Assembly (NCBI GenBank): GCA_002269645.1
Contig: NIVC01000374.1
Span: forward strand, 536,067-600,066
Source of the DNA: Macrostomum lignano
Lineage: Eukaryota
Length of the DNA stretch: 64,000 nucleotides
Direction of reading: 5' to 3'
Numbering within the stretch: the stretch's first letter is position 1; every line of letters starts with the position of its first letter. Below the pieces are notes generated by a model. The model searched no databases. It had not been told where the DNA came from and worked only from the letters and a program-made list of their open reading frames with translations. The position numbers and the translations under genes are program-made. Positions 44,200 through 61,510 of this stretch are shown here, in pieces.

Positions 44200-44270
44200 T
44201 TCTCTATCCTAGTGGTCTGGTGCGGCGCTCTGATGTGCCAGCGGCCCAGGCTCGATTCCAAGTGCAGTCG
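44200..44270 (+). pseudogene. tRNA-Glu-like pseudogene or SINE head
   Basis: TAGTGGTCTGGTGCGGCGCTCTGATGTGCCAGCGGCCCAGGCTCGATTCC parallels eukaryotic tRNA-Glu(CTC) (TAGTGG..CGGCGCTCTCACCGCCGCGGCCCGGGTTCGATTCC), with indels and no acceptor stem. Confidence 0.5.
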
Positions 44271-45523
44271 CATTAATTTGGGGCTGAATTGGAATCTCGG
44301 CTTGGCTCTGCTCGTGCAATTAACGCCCAGCTTGAGGGCCAACCCCAAGGCGCAGTGAAGTGTACATGCTTAGCAATAAATAAAGTTAGGGCCGCTGTAC
44401 TCCTGTGTGAGTGTGTGCCTGTGCGGAATGACATCTAATGGCAGCAATGCCTCTCGCCGGTTGTGTGACAATGTCGCTTAAAGTGCGCCAGGGTGCTCAC
44501 AGCCTCCTGCCTCCAACTAAAAGATGCTCAATCCTTTTTGAAGTGAGCCAGAAAAGTACATTTAACCAAGACGAGTTCGAGCTACAGACAGGCACGCCAT
44601 GACTAAGGCATGACTAAGGTGCCCGTGAGCCAGTCAATGAGCCATGAACTGAATTGTTAATCAGCTTCATTTGCAGCTCTTTTTGGCGGGTTTTCCTGTC
44701 AGCCAAGGGGCATGGCTGCTTTCGGAGGGTTTAGAGCAGATAGAGAAGTCTGCATCAAAGATGAGATGTGATATGGAGAGTGGATATGGAGACATTACCA
44801 TTTTACATTTTTGTCATTTTTTATTTCAAAATTCAAATAATCATGAGGCGATGCTTTGTCAGAAAGAAATTAATAAGGCAACGAAAACCCCAATTTCATT
44901 ACCATAAGTAGATAGACGATAGATGATAATAAAAACCAAGACGTATTTGGAATTTTTTTCAATTTTAATTAAGTTGTTAGACGGTAAATTTTCAAAGAAG
45001 GCCACCAATTAAAGTACATGTGCAAAATATTCGTGCTTTACAGTTTTTGGCTCTCTTATTAAATAGACAAGTTAAGGAACAAAATAAATCATTATGACTA
45101 ATAAAAAATTAATAAATGCGCCATTACTGAAGTAAATGTTGCTTTTTAATTCCGAAACTTTTGATACCTTATTACTTAATTATTTACTACTATTAATTTA
45201 TTCATATTTTTAGCATTACACTTGGCGCAAATAAGAGTCGCAACTACTTACTGATTAGTAGCAATATAAAGACATGAAAATGAGAAACTGCCAAGCTGGG
45301 AAAAATAGGTATAAGAAATGCCAGACGACTAACAATAGCTAAGAAGTAAAATCAACTGCCACCGTAGCAACAGTACCAAAACAAAAGTACCTTCACATTA
45401 AAAAACGTTGACATTCTAGGTCAGGTTATTTAAGGAAGAGTAGATAAAATTAAGTTGAAACATCTATTAAAGATAACATGATCGAAATTGGAATGGGAGA
45501 AGTGTTGAATAAACTGAAGTAGT

Positions 45524-46160
45524 GGGGCGCCGGGGCAGTTAAAATAGGGCGGGGGTGGCGGGCCAAATAAATTGGGCAGGGGGCGCCGGGGCAGTTAAAA
45601 TAGGGCGGGGGTGGCGGGCCAAATAAATTGGGCAGGGGGTGGCGGGGCAGTTAAAATAGGGCGGGGGTGGCGGGCCAAATAAATTGGGCAGGGGGCGCCG
45701 GGGCAGTTAAAAAAGGGCGGGGGTGGCGGGCCAAATAAATTGGGCAGGGGGGCGCCGGGGCAGTTAAAAAAGGGCGGGGGTGGCGGGCCAAATAAATTGG
45801 GCAGGGGGGCGCCGGGGCAGTTAAAATAGGGCGGGGGTGGCGGGCCAAATAAATTGGGCAGGGGGCGCCGGGGCAGTTAAAAAAGGGCGGGGGTGGCGGG
45901 CCAAATAAATTGGGCAGGGGGGCGCCGGGGCAGTTAAAAAAGGGCGGGGGTGGCGGGCCAAATAAATTGGGCAGGGGGGCGCCGGGGCAGTTAAAAAAGG
46001 GTGGGGGTGGCGGGCCAAATAAATTGGGCAATGGGGTGGCGGGCCAAATAAATTGGGCAATGGGGTGGCGGGCTAAATAAATTCGGCAGTGGGGTGGCGG
46101 GACAATTAGAATAGGGCAGGGGTGGCGGGCGAATAAAATTGAGCAGTGGGGCGCCGGGAC
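45524..46160. repeat. 56-57-bp G-rich minisatellite, degenerating rightwards
   Basis: GGGGCGCCGGGGCAGTTAAAATAGGGCGGGGGTGGCGGGCCAAATAAATTGGGCAGG. Confidence 0.93.
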
Positions 46161-46227
46161 AGTTAGTGAGGCACTGAGGCACTAAAGGTTCCGAACGAAA
46201 CTGTTTAACTGTAAACTGTTAGCAGAA

Positions 46228-49424
<3,197 letters not shown>

Positions 49425-50339
49425 TTTTGCTAACAGGTTCCGCTAGATTTCCTGAAAGAGCAGAAAATGTCTAATTAAATAATTAAATATAAGACCTGTA
49501 ACACGTTTTAAATTCCATATTTTTGTCTGCTTTCAGAAATGAAAACAAAATAACAATTTTATAATCATTTATTATGTCTTTTTTGCATATTGATTGACAA
49601 ACTGACACCGCGCGGAAAGGCAAGATTAAATACTAATAGAAAATAATCTAATCAAGGTGACAGACAGGTAGACACTTAAGAGTACACTAAAGTAAGATAA
49701 ATATGCATACGCCTTGTGTGGAATGGAAATTATTGATTAAACAAAAAAGCGGACAGAAAAAAAGTGATAAACAATGGAAACTCGAAAAATGATTTTGACT
49801 AGCTGGGGGCCATGGAATATCATCGAAAATACCATTAGTAATAATAAATATCGATATTAAATCTAAGCAATCTATGACAATGTTAATGAGAAACCGATTC
49901 ACTAGAATTTATATCGCAATATTTTTGTGCATCAGGAAGCGCTCAATCTATTATAATAATCATATTAAAGCATATAAATATCTTTGAAGCTGCACATTAA
50001 ACATAGAAAAATAACACGACGCTTTGTACACTGTCAATCCTAGCAGACTATTTATAGTAGTATCAATCTGCATCTGCAAAAAAAAACAATATAGGAAAAT
50101 AAGTTTATAAATAAAATTCGAAATGAGTTTTAACAAGGCAGCAGGCACCGTGTGTGTAAGACTGAACTATAGAATAGTGCATTTAAACAAAAAACAGAAC
50201 AAGTTCTTATTGTGCAAAAGTTTGAAGGAATGAAATATATGACAGTAAGCACATAATGATAAATTATGCTTGTCAGTCAGCTTAGCGCAGATCTGGAATA
50301 GAGAGGTCACAGATAGCAGCAACATATTGGCATTATAAA

Positions 50340-51060
50340 GGATAGAGGGCCATTCCTCAGGTGTAATTAAAGGATAGAGGGCCATTCCTCAGGTGTAATT
50401 AAAGGATAGAGGGCCATTCCTCAGGTGTAATTAAAGGACAGAGGGCCATTCCTCAGGTGTAATTAAAGGACAGAGGGCCATTCCTCAGGTGTAATTAAAG
50501 GACAGAGGGCCATTCTCCAGGTGTAATTAAAGGATAGAGGGCCATTCCTCAGGTGTAATTAAAGGATAGAGGGCCATTCTCCAGGTGTAATTAAAGGATA
50601 GAGGGCCATTCTCCAGGTGTAATTAAAGGATAGAGGGCCATTCTCCAGGTGTAATTAAAGGATAGAGGGCCATTCTCCAGGTGTAATTAAAGGATAGAGG
50701 GCCATTCCTCAGGTGTAATTAAAGGACAGAGGGCCATTCTCCAGGTGTAATTAAAGGATAGAGGGCCATTCCTCAGGTGTAATTAAAGGATAGAGAGCCA
50801 TTCCTCAGGTGTAATTAAAGGACAGAGGGCCATTCCTCAGGTGTAATTAAAGGACAGAGGGCCATTCCTCAGGTGTAATTAAAGGACAGAGGGCCATTCC
50901 TCAGGTGTAATTAAAGGACAGAGGGCCATTCCTCAGGTGTAATTAAAGGATAGAGAGCCATTCCTCAGGTATAATTAAAGGACAGAGGGCCATTCCTCAG
51001 GTGTAATTAAAGGACAGAGGGCCATTCCTCAGGTGCAATTAAAGGACAGAGGGCGATTCT
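50340..51060. repeat. 32-bp minisatellite, about 22 copies
   Basis: GGATAGAGGGCCATTCCTCAGGTGTAATTAAA. Confidence 0.96.
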
Positions 51061-51258
51061 GCAATCAGAGAATCACTGTCCTAGCAACCAACTAAACAAG
51101 GGCAACTAGTTTAACAATAACACCGTAAAAAATAACTCAACCAGATTTATGAATATATATTATATATAACTACAGCAAGCAAGCAAACTAAACATACTTC
51201 AGACACATAACCAAAGCCCAAGACAAGTTCCTCAATCATCAATCAATCAATCAATCAA

Positions 51259-52477
51259 TCAATAATCGTTATTATAATCATCGGCAGCAAAGGTGAACAC
51301 GGGTCTCTGGGCGGGGACAGGCGTCATTTCGGTCTCCTGATCAGCTGCTGGTGTCGGGGTCACAGCAGAGGCTGCTTGCTGTTGAGATACAGCGGAATTG
51401 GCTAGAGCCCTTGCATCGACGATTTGCTGTTGCATTGTTGCTGGGTCGAATGGCAGCTTGCCTGATGCGTTTGAGTGTAGAGCAATAAATATTGTATATA
51501 ATTCAAATCCATTTCTTGTCACCCTCTCTGCGATTTCGATCTTCATAAGTTACCCGGGTTCCTGCAGCTTGACCTTCATAAGTTACCCGGGTTCCTGCAG
51601 CTTGACATTCATAAGTTACCCGGGTTCCTGCAGCTTGACATTCATAAGTTACCCGGGTTCCTGCAGCTTGACATTCATAAGTTACCCGGGTTCCTGCAGC
51701 TTGACATTCATAAGTTACCCGGGTTCCTGCAGCTTGACCTTCATAAGCGACCCGGGTTCCTGCAGCTTGACCTTTATAAGTTACCCAGGTTTCTGCAGCT
51801 TGACCTTCATAAGTTACTCGGGTTTCTACAGCTTAACCTTAAGTTACACTTCAGCGGGACCATCAAAAGTTACCCTGTAGCTTGACCTTCAAAAGTTACC
51901 ACAAAGCTTGACCTTACCTTCATAAGTTACCCTGCACCTTGACCTTCATAAGTTACTACACAGACGCTTGACCTTCAAACGTCACAACGCAGCTCACCAG
52001 TCAGCAGATCGCGCACGTGCTTCAACCCGGCCACGCTCTGTTCAATCCGACGCTGCTCCGCTGCTGAACAGCCGGCACTCTTGGCGCAGCTCTGCAGCGT
52101 CAGAATGCTAGCCTGAAGGCATTCGCCGCAGGAGCGGCACATGGCCAGCAGCGATTCCGTCTGACGTTGACGAGCCAACCGCTCGTCCGGCAGGGTGATC
52201 TCGGCAAAGTCGCGAAAGTTTGGATCGTCGGAATCCGCCGGAGTGCCGCCGGATGACAGCTGCGACTGCTGGCGTTTGCCGGTTCGTCGACTCCTATAGC
52301 GAATATGGGATCTGGGAAGATAGCCGCCAGGATCCAGCGGTGTCGATGGCGCGCTAAAAGTCGGCTCGGCGATCACCTTCAACGGCTGCTCCGGACCGAC
52401 CGGCTGTTGAGCGGCACCGCCAGAATTGGCGCTGTTTGAAGCCGTGGAAGATGAAGAATTCTGATGCTGCAGTTGCA

Positions 52478-52512
<35 letters not shown>

Positions 52513-55500
52513 AGCAGATTCTGCTGGCTGTCCTCGCGGGAGAAACCAAAGATCAAAGAGCTTGGCCGGTGGTTGCTAGGTTGAGATTGCTGCTTCTGCT
52601 GCTGGGCCTGCTCCGCAACAGAGTGGGACTTGCTGCTGACAAAACTTCTGCAATGCGCGTTAGATAAAAGTGCATATTGTAACATATTTGTGCCTGAGTA
52701 CTTTTTAACCTGATTAATAGTATGAAATTTTTACGTATAAAATTTTTGAAACAGCATTTGCAAATTTTGGAAAGTTATCAACAGACTTTGAAACTTCTGC
52801 CGTTAGATTCTGAAGAATCAACTACAGAATTTGAAGTCTCATTTATAGAATTTGATGCCTTATCTATAGAATTTGAAGCTTCATCTCTATATTTTGAAGA
52901 CTCATCTATAGAATTTTATATACTTTACGTATAGAAATTGATGCCTTATCTATAGATTTCGAAGCCTCAGCTATAGATTTGAAGCCTTATCTATAGATTC
53001 TGAAGCCTCATCTATAGATTTGAAGCCTTATCTATAGATTTTTAAGCCTCATCTATAGATTTTGAAGCCTTATTTAAATATTTGAAACCTCATCTATAGA
53101 TGTTGATGCCTCATCTATAGATTTTGAAGCCTCATCTATAGATTTTGAAGCCTTATCTAAAGATTTGAAACCTCATCTATAGATGTTGATGCCTTATCTA
53201 TAGATTCCGAAGCCTCCTCTATAGATTTGAAGTCTTATCTATAGATTTGAAGGCTCATCTATAGATTTGAAGCCTTATCTAAAGATTTGAAGGCTCATCT
53301 ATAGATTTGAAGCCTTATCTATAGATTCTGAAGCCTCATCTATAGATTTGAAGCCTTATCTATAGATTTCGAAGCCTCAACTATAGATTTGAAGCCTTAT
53401 CTATAGATTTTGAAGACTCATCTATAGATTCTTAAGCCTCATCTATAGATTTTGAAGCCTTATCTAAAGATTTGAAACCTCATCTATAGATGTTGATGCC
53501 TTATCTATAGATTCCGAAGCCTCCTCTATAGATTTGAAGCCTTATCTATAGATTTCGAAGCCTCAACTATAGATTTGAAGCCTTATCTATAGATTTTGAA
53601 GACTCATCTATAGATTCTGAAGCTTCATCTATAGATTTGAAGTCTTATCTATAGATTTCGAAGCCTCAACTATAGATTTGAAAGCCTTATCTATAGATTT
53701 TGAAGACTCATCTATAGATTTGAAGCCTTATCTATAGATTTTGAAGCCTTATCTATAGATGTCGAAGCCTTATCTATAGATGTCGAAGCCTTATCTATAT
53801 AACTCGATGCAGCCTCATCTAAATATTTTGACGCCTCATCATCCGTATACCCATGGTTAAGTAATCCCGATAGGCAAGGGTCACAAACCCAATTCTAAGC
53901 AGAGCAGATGCAGACGCAGATGTCTCGATGGTATCCTGCGGTTGATGTTGCTGCTGCTGTTGTTGCTGCTGCTGCTGCTGCAGACTCTCCTGACTGCCGA
54001 TACGTTGGATAGCAGCGCGCAGAGAGCTGGTGTCGATGCCCACGGTGTGATAGCGATTGCCCGACGATCGGTGGGCTGAGCGGCCGCCGCCGGCGTGTCT
54101 GCGACGCTTCTGCATGTACAGCCCCTGCGAATATGTTGGCGAATAAGTAGGTAATATGAATATTATATATTGGGCTTGTTTGGTCTAGGAAGAGGGTGAC
54201 GGGCACAGGAAGAGGTAGATAATAAGGAAAGAGAAGAGATAGCGAACTTGGGAGAATAGATGGGCAAAAGGAAAAGGAAAGGGTGGGAGTGAGACAGGGA
54301 GAAGGGGAGTGAGACAGGGAGAAGAGGAGTGAGACAGGGAGAAGGGGAGTGACACAGGGAGAAGAGGAGTGAGACAGGGAGAAGGGGAGTGAGACAGGGA
54401 GAAGAGGAGTGAGACAGGGAGAAGGGGAGTGAGACAGGGAGAAGAGGAGTGAGACAGGGAGAAGAGGAGTGAGACAGGGAGAAGGGGAGTGAGACAGGGA
54501 GAAGGGGAGTAAGACAGGGAGAAGAGGAGTGAGACAGGAAGGGGAGTGAGACAGGGAGAAGAGGAGTGAGACAGGGAGAAAAGGAGTGAGACAGGGAGAA
54601 GGGGAGTGAGACAGGGAGAAGGAGAGTGAGACAGGGAGAAGGGGAGTGAGTGAGCCTAAAGAAAACAAGCACATCATCAGTGGCATCAGCAGGAAACCTG
54701 AAATCCAGTCAGACTAGGCTTCGGATAGGCGTCGGGTGCCCGCAGGTGATAGGCAAGCGACACGATAAAGTTGACATCCGAGCCCTGAGGATAGCGCATC
54801 AGGTAGGTCATCGCCCCGCTGAAATCGCTGGCAAGCAACAGTGACCGGATATTGATCAGCATAGCAACAAATATGTAGTCAACCAGACCGAAGCCCGCAT
54901 CGTAGCCGTCGGCGAACACAGCATCCCACACCACTAGCAGGTCCTGCAAAGGGAATTCCCGGCCAAACAGCAGCCTCATCCACCTGATGCCGTACAGATG
55001 AGGCGCCACCTCCAGCTTCTCCAGGTGCAGATAGAGCTCCAGATCGTGCACTCGAAGTATTCGCTCCCGATGGTGGCCAGCTTCTCCACAATGGGATTGC
55101 CGTTGCGATCTTCGGCGGGCTTGGCGAACGGGACCTGGCTTTCGATTGCCAGCCTGCCGGCCGGGGGTTCGAGCTCCGTCACGGTGTACCAGGGCTCGAT
55201 CACGCGCATGATCTGCGAGTTGGAGATCAGGATTGAACTGGGGGTAGCTTACACCAGAACCCCTCAACCTAAACCCTACACCCTACACTACAAACCCTAC
55301 ACCCTACACTACAAACCCTACACCCTACAAAACAAACCCTACACCCTACACCCTACACTACAAACCCTACACCCTACACTACAAACCCTACACCCTACAC
55401 CACAAACCCTACACCCTACACCACAAACCCTACACCCTACATCACAAACCCTACACCCTACACCACAAACCCTACACCCTACACCACAAACCCTACACCC

Positions 55501-56534
55501 TACATCACAAACCCTACACCCTACACCACAAACCCTACACCAACCCTACACCCTACACCACAAACCCTACACCCTACAACACAAACCCTACACCCTACAC
55601 CACAAACCCTACACCAACCCTACACCCTACACCACAAACCCTACACCCTACACCACAAACCCTACACCCTACACCAACTCTACACCCTACACCAACCCTA
55701 CACCCTACACCACAAACCCTACACCAACCCTACACCCTAGACCCTAAACCACAAACCCTACACAACAAACCCTACACCCTACACCACAAACCCTACACAA
55801 CAAACCCTACACCCTACACCACAAATCCTACACCCTACACCACAAACCCTAGGCTGAACCAGAGAGCACAGACAAGCCAAACCTGTGAGAACATGGCAAA
55901 GGCATCGTGCTCAATATAGGCGGGATCCAGCAGCAGACCAACCAGCTCCATGACAGGCGGGGTCGCCGAGTACAACTCGCAGGCGTGCTGAAATGCCAGC
56001 TGATCCGAATGCAGCACAAACAGCAGCGGCGCCAGCACCTCGTGCATGCCCTGCCTATAGAGCAGCGGAGACGTGTGAGCAAAGCAGAACAGAGTTGAGA
56101 TCATTTTCTCTTGCACGTCGGCCGCGTGAAAGTATTGAATTTCAGGGAAGGTGCGCCTCACGTCCTGATAGATGATGTGGCGAGTCTCTTCGCTGCGAAA
56201 GAATCTGTACCAGGGACTGCGGCTGTCCTGCGACAGCGGATTGTGCACCCGCAGGTCGGTTGCTTGGCTGTCGGGAGATCGGCTCAGCTTGCTGATGTCG
56301 ATGCAGTGCTGCTGCTTCAGCTCTGAGTAGCGGCTGCGCCACGCCTGCGATTTGAGGAGTGCGGGATGCTAGATGGATAGATAGATAGATAGATAGATAA
56401 GAAATAGATAGATAGATAGATAGATAGATAGAGATAGATAATAGATAGATAGATAATAGATTGATTGATATATAGATAGGTGGATAGATAGTTAGATAGA
56501 CAGACAGACAGATAGATAGATAGATATATAGGTG

Positions 56535-56604
<70 letters not shown>

Positions 56605-56634
56605 CAGATAGATAGACAGATAGATAGATAGATG

Positions 56635-56696
<62 letters not shown>

Positions 56697-57239
56697 CAGA
56701 TAGATAGACAGATAGATAGATAGATGGATAGATAGATAGATAGACAGACAGATAGATAATAGATAGATAATAGATAGATAGATAGATAGATAACGAACTG
56801 ACAGATCTAACAGACACAGTATCAGAGCCATTGCGCAGACACACACACACAAACACACCTGAGTCTCCTCCTTCCACTTGGCCGCATCAGATGACAGCAC
56901 CCTCAATGCCAGTCGCCACACAACGCTACGAAACCGGCAGTTCCTGAGCTCGCCGCTGCAGCAGAGCTCTTTTAAATAGAGCAGCAGGTCGCCCTCTCCG
57001 TGCGACAGAAACATTCGCTCCCATTCGTCCGCGTACGAATTCGATATACTCGGCGAGCGTTTCCATTCTTTTCTAATAGAATTCTTCTTTCTTAGTAGAA
57101 CACCATTGCTAGCGGAAGCAGAAGGCGTTGCAGCGCTTGTTGCAGCAACTAATTGTTGCAGATTAGTATGCGAGCCCTCAATGCTAGACTCAGATACGAA
57201 GCTTTGAGAATCGCTCAAACTGCCATCGCTAGGAGGCAT
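51259..57239 (-). CDS. TBC1D5: TBC1 domain family member 5 (Rab7 GAP), about 815 aa, 6 exons; N-terminus may extend to ATG at 57358
   Basis: Exons 57239-56859, 56344-55883, 55212-54698, 54124-53889 (donor tentative), 52647-51998, 51461-51259. RFRSVVWRL, HNPLSQD, IYQDVRRTFPE, YRQGMHEVLAPL, IEHDAFAMF, YGIRWMRLLFGREFPLQDLLVVWD. One -1 frameshift in exon 3 at about 55068. Confidence 0.93.
51540..51975. repeat. 33-bp minisatellite, TBC1D5 intron 5
   Basis: CTTGACATTCATAAGTTACCCGGGTTCCTGCAG. Confidence 0.93.
52820..53820. repeat. 20-21-bp minisatellite, TBC1D5 intron 4
   Basis: TCTATAGATTTGAAGCCTTA variants. Confidence 0.93.
54285..54650. repeat. 20-bp purine-rich minisatellite, TBC1D5 intron 3
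   Basis: GAGTGAGACAGGGAGAAG(G/A)G. Confidence 0.93.
55260..55850. repeat. 7/21-bp C/A-rich minisatellite, TBC1D5 intron 2
   Basis: AAACCCTACACCCTACACCAC. Confidence 0.93.
56372..56790. repeat. (TAGA)n microsatellite, TBC1D5 intron 1
   Basis: Direct observation. Confidence 0.95.
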
Positions 57240-58029
57240 AGCGGCTGGATTGCTGTGATTGACATAATCGTCGGATTTTGCTGCTGCTGCTGCCTACTTG
57301 TAGTAGTCTGATGCAATGATTTAGTAGCAGAATTGGCTAGCCTGCTCAAAGTTGACATAATATCGATAGTTAGTGCTCGCTCCTTGTGCGCCTCGGTGCG
57401 CTAGTGGCGCCAGCCGATACCGACATCTAATTAAATTAGATAAATAGCTAAGTAGTATGTTCTGCTAAATACTGTCTTATTTAGCTGGCATGACCGCTTG
57501 ATAAGTATGTAATTTTTTGTAAGCAGCATAAATTCCAAACAGTATTGTATAATTTTGAACAAGCAATTTAATAACTCAAAACATCCTACTAACGGGCTAA
57601 ATAAAATAATCAGTAGTAAATAAGTAGTTTTTCTATTCGTACAAGTAACAAAAATATAAGAGATCCTGAATACGACCATATATGGACAAGCACAGAGTTG
57701 CAATTTAAATACTCTTACAAATACAACTACTAGCTCGGAAATATGCGACACTTCCAAATATGGTAATTAACAAGCCAGAGCTATTAAATTGTTTTTTTAC
57801 TAACTAATTTTTATCGAAAGGGCTTGCAGAGAAAACTTCTAAAAATAGATTGGGTATACGAGCAAAGCACACTGTTGCAGGCAGGTCTCACTGTAATAGA
57901 GCCTTAAATTACCTCAGCCAAGTTGGCCTGGGCAAAATTTATTAGTCTATAGCGATGAAATAGTAAACTTCTATATCGGACTTACATTTGTTTATTAGTG
58001 ATGCTTTCCTGTCTGCTTGATCGTCTCAC

Positions 58030-60615
58030 TGTCTGTCCTAGTGTCTGTCAGTTTGCATACCTGTTATAGTGTCTGTCTGTCTCAGTGTCTGTCAGTTTGC
58101 ATACCTGTTATAGTGTCTGTCTGTCTCAGTGTCTGTCAGTTTGCATACCTGTTATAGTGTCTGTCTGTCTCAGTGTCTGTCAGTTTGCATACCTGTTATA
58201 GTGTCTGTCTGTCTCAGTGTCTGTCAGTTTGCATACCTGTTATAGTGTCTGTCTGTCTCAGTGTCTGTCAGTTTGCATACCTGTTATAGTGTCTGTCTGT
58301 CTCAGTGTCTGTCAGTTTGCATACCTGTTATAGTGTCTGTCTGTCTCAGTGTCTGTCAGTTTGCATACCTGTTATAGTGTCTGTCTGTCTCAGTGTCTGT
58401 CAGTTTGCATACCTGTTATAGTGTCTGTCTGTCTCAGTGTCTGTCAGTTTGCATACCTGTTATAGTGTCTGTCTGTCTCAGTGTCTGTCAGTTTGCATAC
58501 CTGTTATAGTGTCTGTCTGTCTCAGTGTCTGTCAGTTTGCATACCTGTTATAGTCTGTCTGTCTCAGTGTCTGTCAGTTTGCATACCAGTTATAGTGTCT
58601 GTCTGTCCTAGTGTCTGTCAGTTTGCATACCTGTTATAGTGTCTGTCTGTCCTAGTGTCTGTCAGTTTGCATACCTGTTATAGTGTCTGTCTGTCTCAGT
58701 GTCTGTCAGTTTGCATACCTGTTATAGTGTCTGTCTGTCTCAGTGTCTGTCAGTTTGCATACCTGTTATAGTCTGTCTGTCTCAGTGTCTGTCAGTTTGC
58801 ATACCAGTTATAGTGTCTGTCTGTCCTAGTGTTTGTCAGTTTGCATACCTGTTATAGTGTCTGTCTGTCTCAGTGTTTGTCAGTTTGCATACCTGTTATA
58901 GTGTCTGTCTGTCTTGGTGTGTCAGTTTGCATACCTGTTATAGTGTCTGTCTGTCCTAGTGTCTGTCAGTTTGCATACCTGTTATAGTGTCTGTCTGTCT
59001 CAGTGTCTGTCAGTTTGCATACCTGTTATAGTGTCTGTCTGTCTCAGTGTCTGTCAGTTTGCATACCTGTTATAGTGTCTGTCTGTCTCAGTGTCTGTCA
59101 GTTTGCATACCTGTTATAGTGTCTGTCTGTCTCAGTGTCTGTCAGTTTGCATACCTGTTATAGTGTCTGTCTGTCGCAGTGTCTGTCAGTTTGCATACCT
59201 GTTATAGTGTCTGTCTGTCTCAGTGTCTGTCAGTTTGCATACCAGTTATAGTGTCTGTCTGTCCTAGTGTCTGTCAGTTTGCATACCTGTTATAGTGTCT
59301 GTCTGTCTCAGTGTCTGTCAGTTTGCATACCTGTTATAGTGTCTGTCTGTCTTGGTGTGTCAGTTTGCATACCTGTTATAGTGTCTGTCTGTCCTAGTGT
59401 CTGTCAGTTTGCATACCTGTTATAGTGTCTGTCTGTCTCAGTGTCTGTCAGTTTGCATACCTGTTATAGTGTCTGTCAGTTTGCATACCTGTTATAGTGT
59501 CTGTCAGTTTGCATACCTGTTATAGTGTCTGTCTGTCTGTCCTAGTGTCTGTCAGTTTACATACCTGTTATAGTGTCTGTCTGTCGCAGTGTCTGTCAGT
59601 TTGCATACCTGTTATAGTCTGTCTGTCTCAGTGTCTGTCAGTTTGCATACCAGTTATAGTGTCTGTCTGTCCTAGTGTCTGTCAGTTTGCATACCTGTTA
59701 TAGTGTCTGTCTGTCTCAGTGTCTGTCAGTTTGCATACCTGTTATAGTGTCTGTCTGTCTTGGTGTGTCAGTTTGCATACCTGTTATAGTGTCTGTCTGT
59801 CCTAGTGTCTGTCAGTTTGCATACCTGTTATAGTGTCTGTCTGTCCTAGTGTCTGTCAGTTTGCATACCTGTTATAGTGTCTGTCTGTCTCAGTGTCTGT
59901 CAGTTTGCATACCTGTTATAGTGTCTGTCAGTTTGCATACCTGTTATAGTGTCTGTCAGTTTGCATACCTGTTATAGTGTCTGTCTGTCTGTCCTAGTGT
60001 CTGTCAGTTTGCATACCTGTTATAGTGTCTGTCAGTTTGCATACCTGTTATAGTGTCTGTCTGTCTCAGTGTTTGTCAGTTTGCATACCTGTTATAGTGT
60101 CTGTCTGTCTCAGTGTTTGTCAGTTTGCATACCTGTTATAGTGTCTGTCTGTCTTGGTGTGTCAGTTTGCATACCTGTTATAGTGTCTGTCTGTCTTGGT
60201 GTGTCAGTTTGCATACCTGTTATAGTGTCTGTCTGTCTTGGTGTGTCAGTTTGCATACCTGTTATAGTGTCTGTCTGTCTCAGTGTTTGTCAGTTTGCAT
60301 ACCTGTTATAGTGTCTGTCTGTCTCAGTGTTTGTCAGTTTGCATACCTGTTATAGTGTCTGTCTGTCTTGGTGTGTCAGTTTGCATACCTGTTATAGTGT
60401 CTGTCTGTCTTGGTGTGTCAGTTTGCATACCTGTTATAGTGTCTGTCTGTCTCAGTGTCTGTCAGTTTGCATACCTGTTATAGTGTCTGTCTGTCTCAGT
60501 GTCTGTCAGTTTGCATACCTGTTATAGTGTCTGTCTGTCTCAGTGTCTGTCAGTTTGCATACCTGTTATAGTCTGTCTGTCAGTTTGCATACCTGTTATA
60601 GTGTCTGTCTGTCAG
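58030..60615. repeat. 44-bp minisatellite, about 58 copies, between the TBC1D5 5' end and the CUL3 3' end
   Basis: AGTGTCTGTCAGTTTGCATACCTGTTATAGTGTCTGTCTGTCTC, with length variants. Confidence 0.97.
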
Positions 60616-61510
60616 TATGTCTATCTACGAGTATGTGCCTGTGTGTCTCCCAGTCAGCTCAGAAGCGTACTCATTTCTAAGAAACGTCCTACACAAGTGC
60701 CTAAACATAACAAAAATAGTTTATAAAAAGAAATAGAATCGAAAAAAATAGTTGAGCTACTCTTCTGACAACTAAATAAAGACGCAAATTTTAGTTTAGT
60801 TTTTTTATTTAGTGTTCAAAACTCGCAGACATAGTAAAGAATTTCTGACCCGGAACACGGTGCTAGGGTGGGGAGGCGGTCATCAAATACAGACATTGAT
60901 CTGCTTATGCAAGTGCAGAATTTTCATATTTCCTTTTTTATTAGCAAATAATTTTAGACATGAATTTAAAAACAAAGTGTTTGACAGTTTCTGTAAAATA
61001 AAAAACGCTAACTGAAAAGCGCTCAGGCTGGGGCAGGGTCAGACAAAGTGCATATTTATAAATATATCATAGTATCATACAGTACCACGAATTGACACGC
61101 TGTCGCAGTCTGAAACACCCAGCAAGTTTACAGAATTGTCCGAAAATCAAAACTAATTTCAAACAAAAAAATTGCGATTAAGAAACAAATCAATTTGTTG
61201 TTGTTGCAGTTGTTGAAACTTCTTTTAAATATATAGTCGCAAATTGAAACTCAAACAAATATATTTTGAAAATGTACAAAATTCAGGTTTTTTTTCTTCT
61301 GCATTGCCGCCCGAAAATTTGACATACAGACAGAAAAAGCGAGAGAATCGATTTTTTTCAAACACAAGAAGCCTGTCTTCTCCCGGGAACAGAAATTGAG
61401 GGTCTAGTTTTTATGTGTTTTCTTAAAATGAATAACAAATAAAAATTAAATTATCTAGTATATTTTCATATTGCCGAATTTTAATAGCTTCTAGCTTGGC
61501 GTTTTTACAT

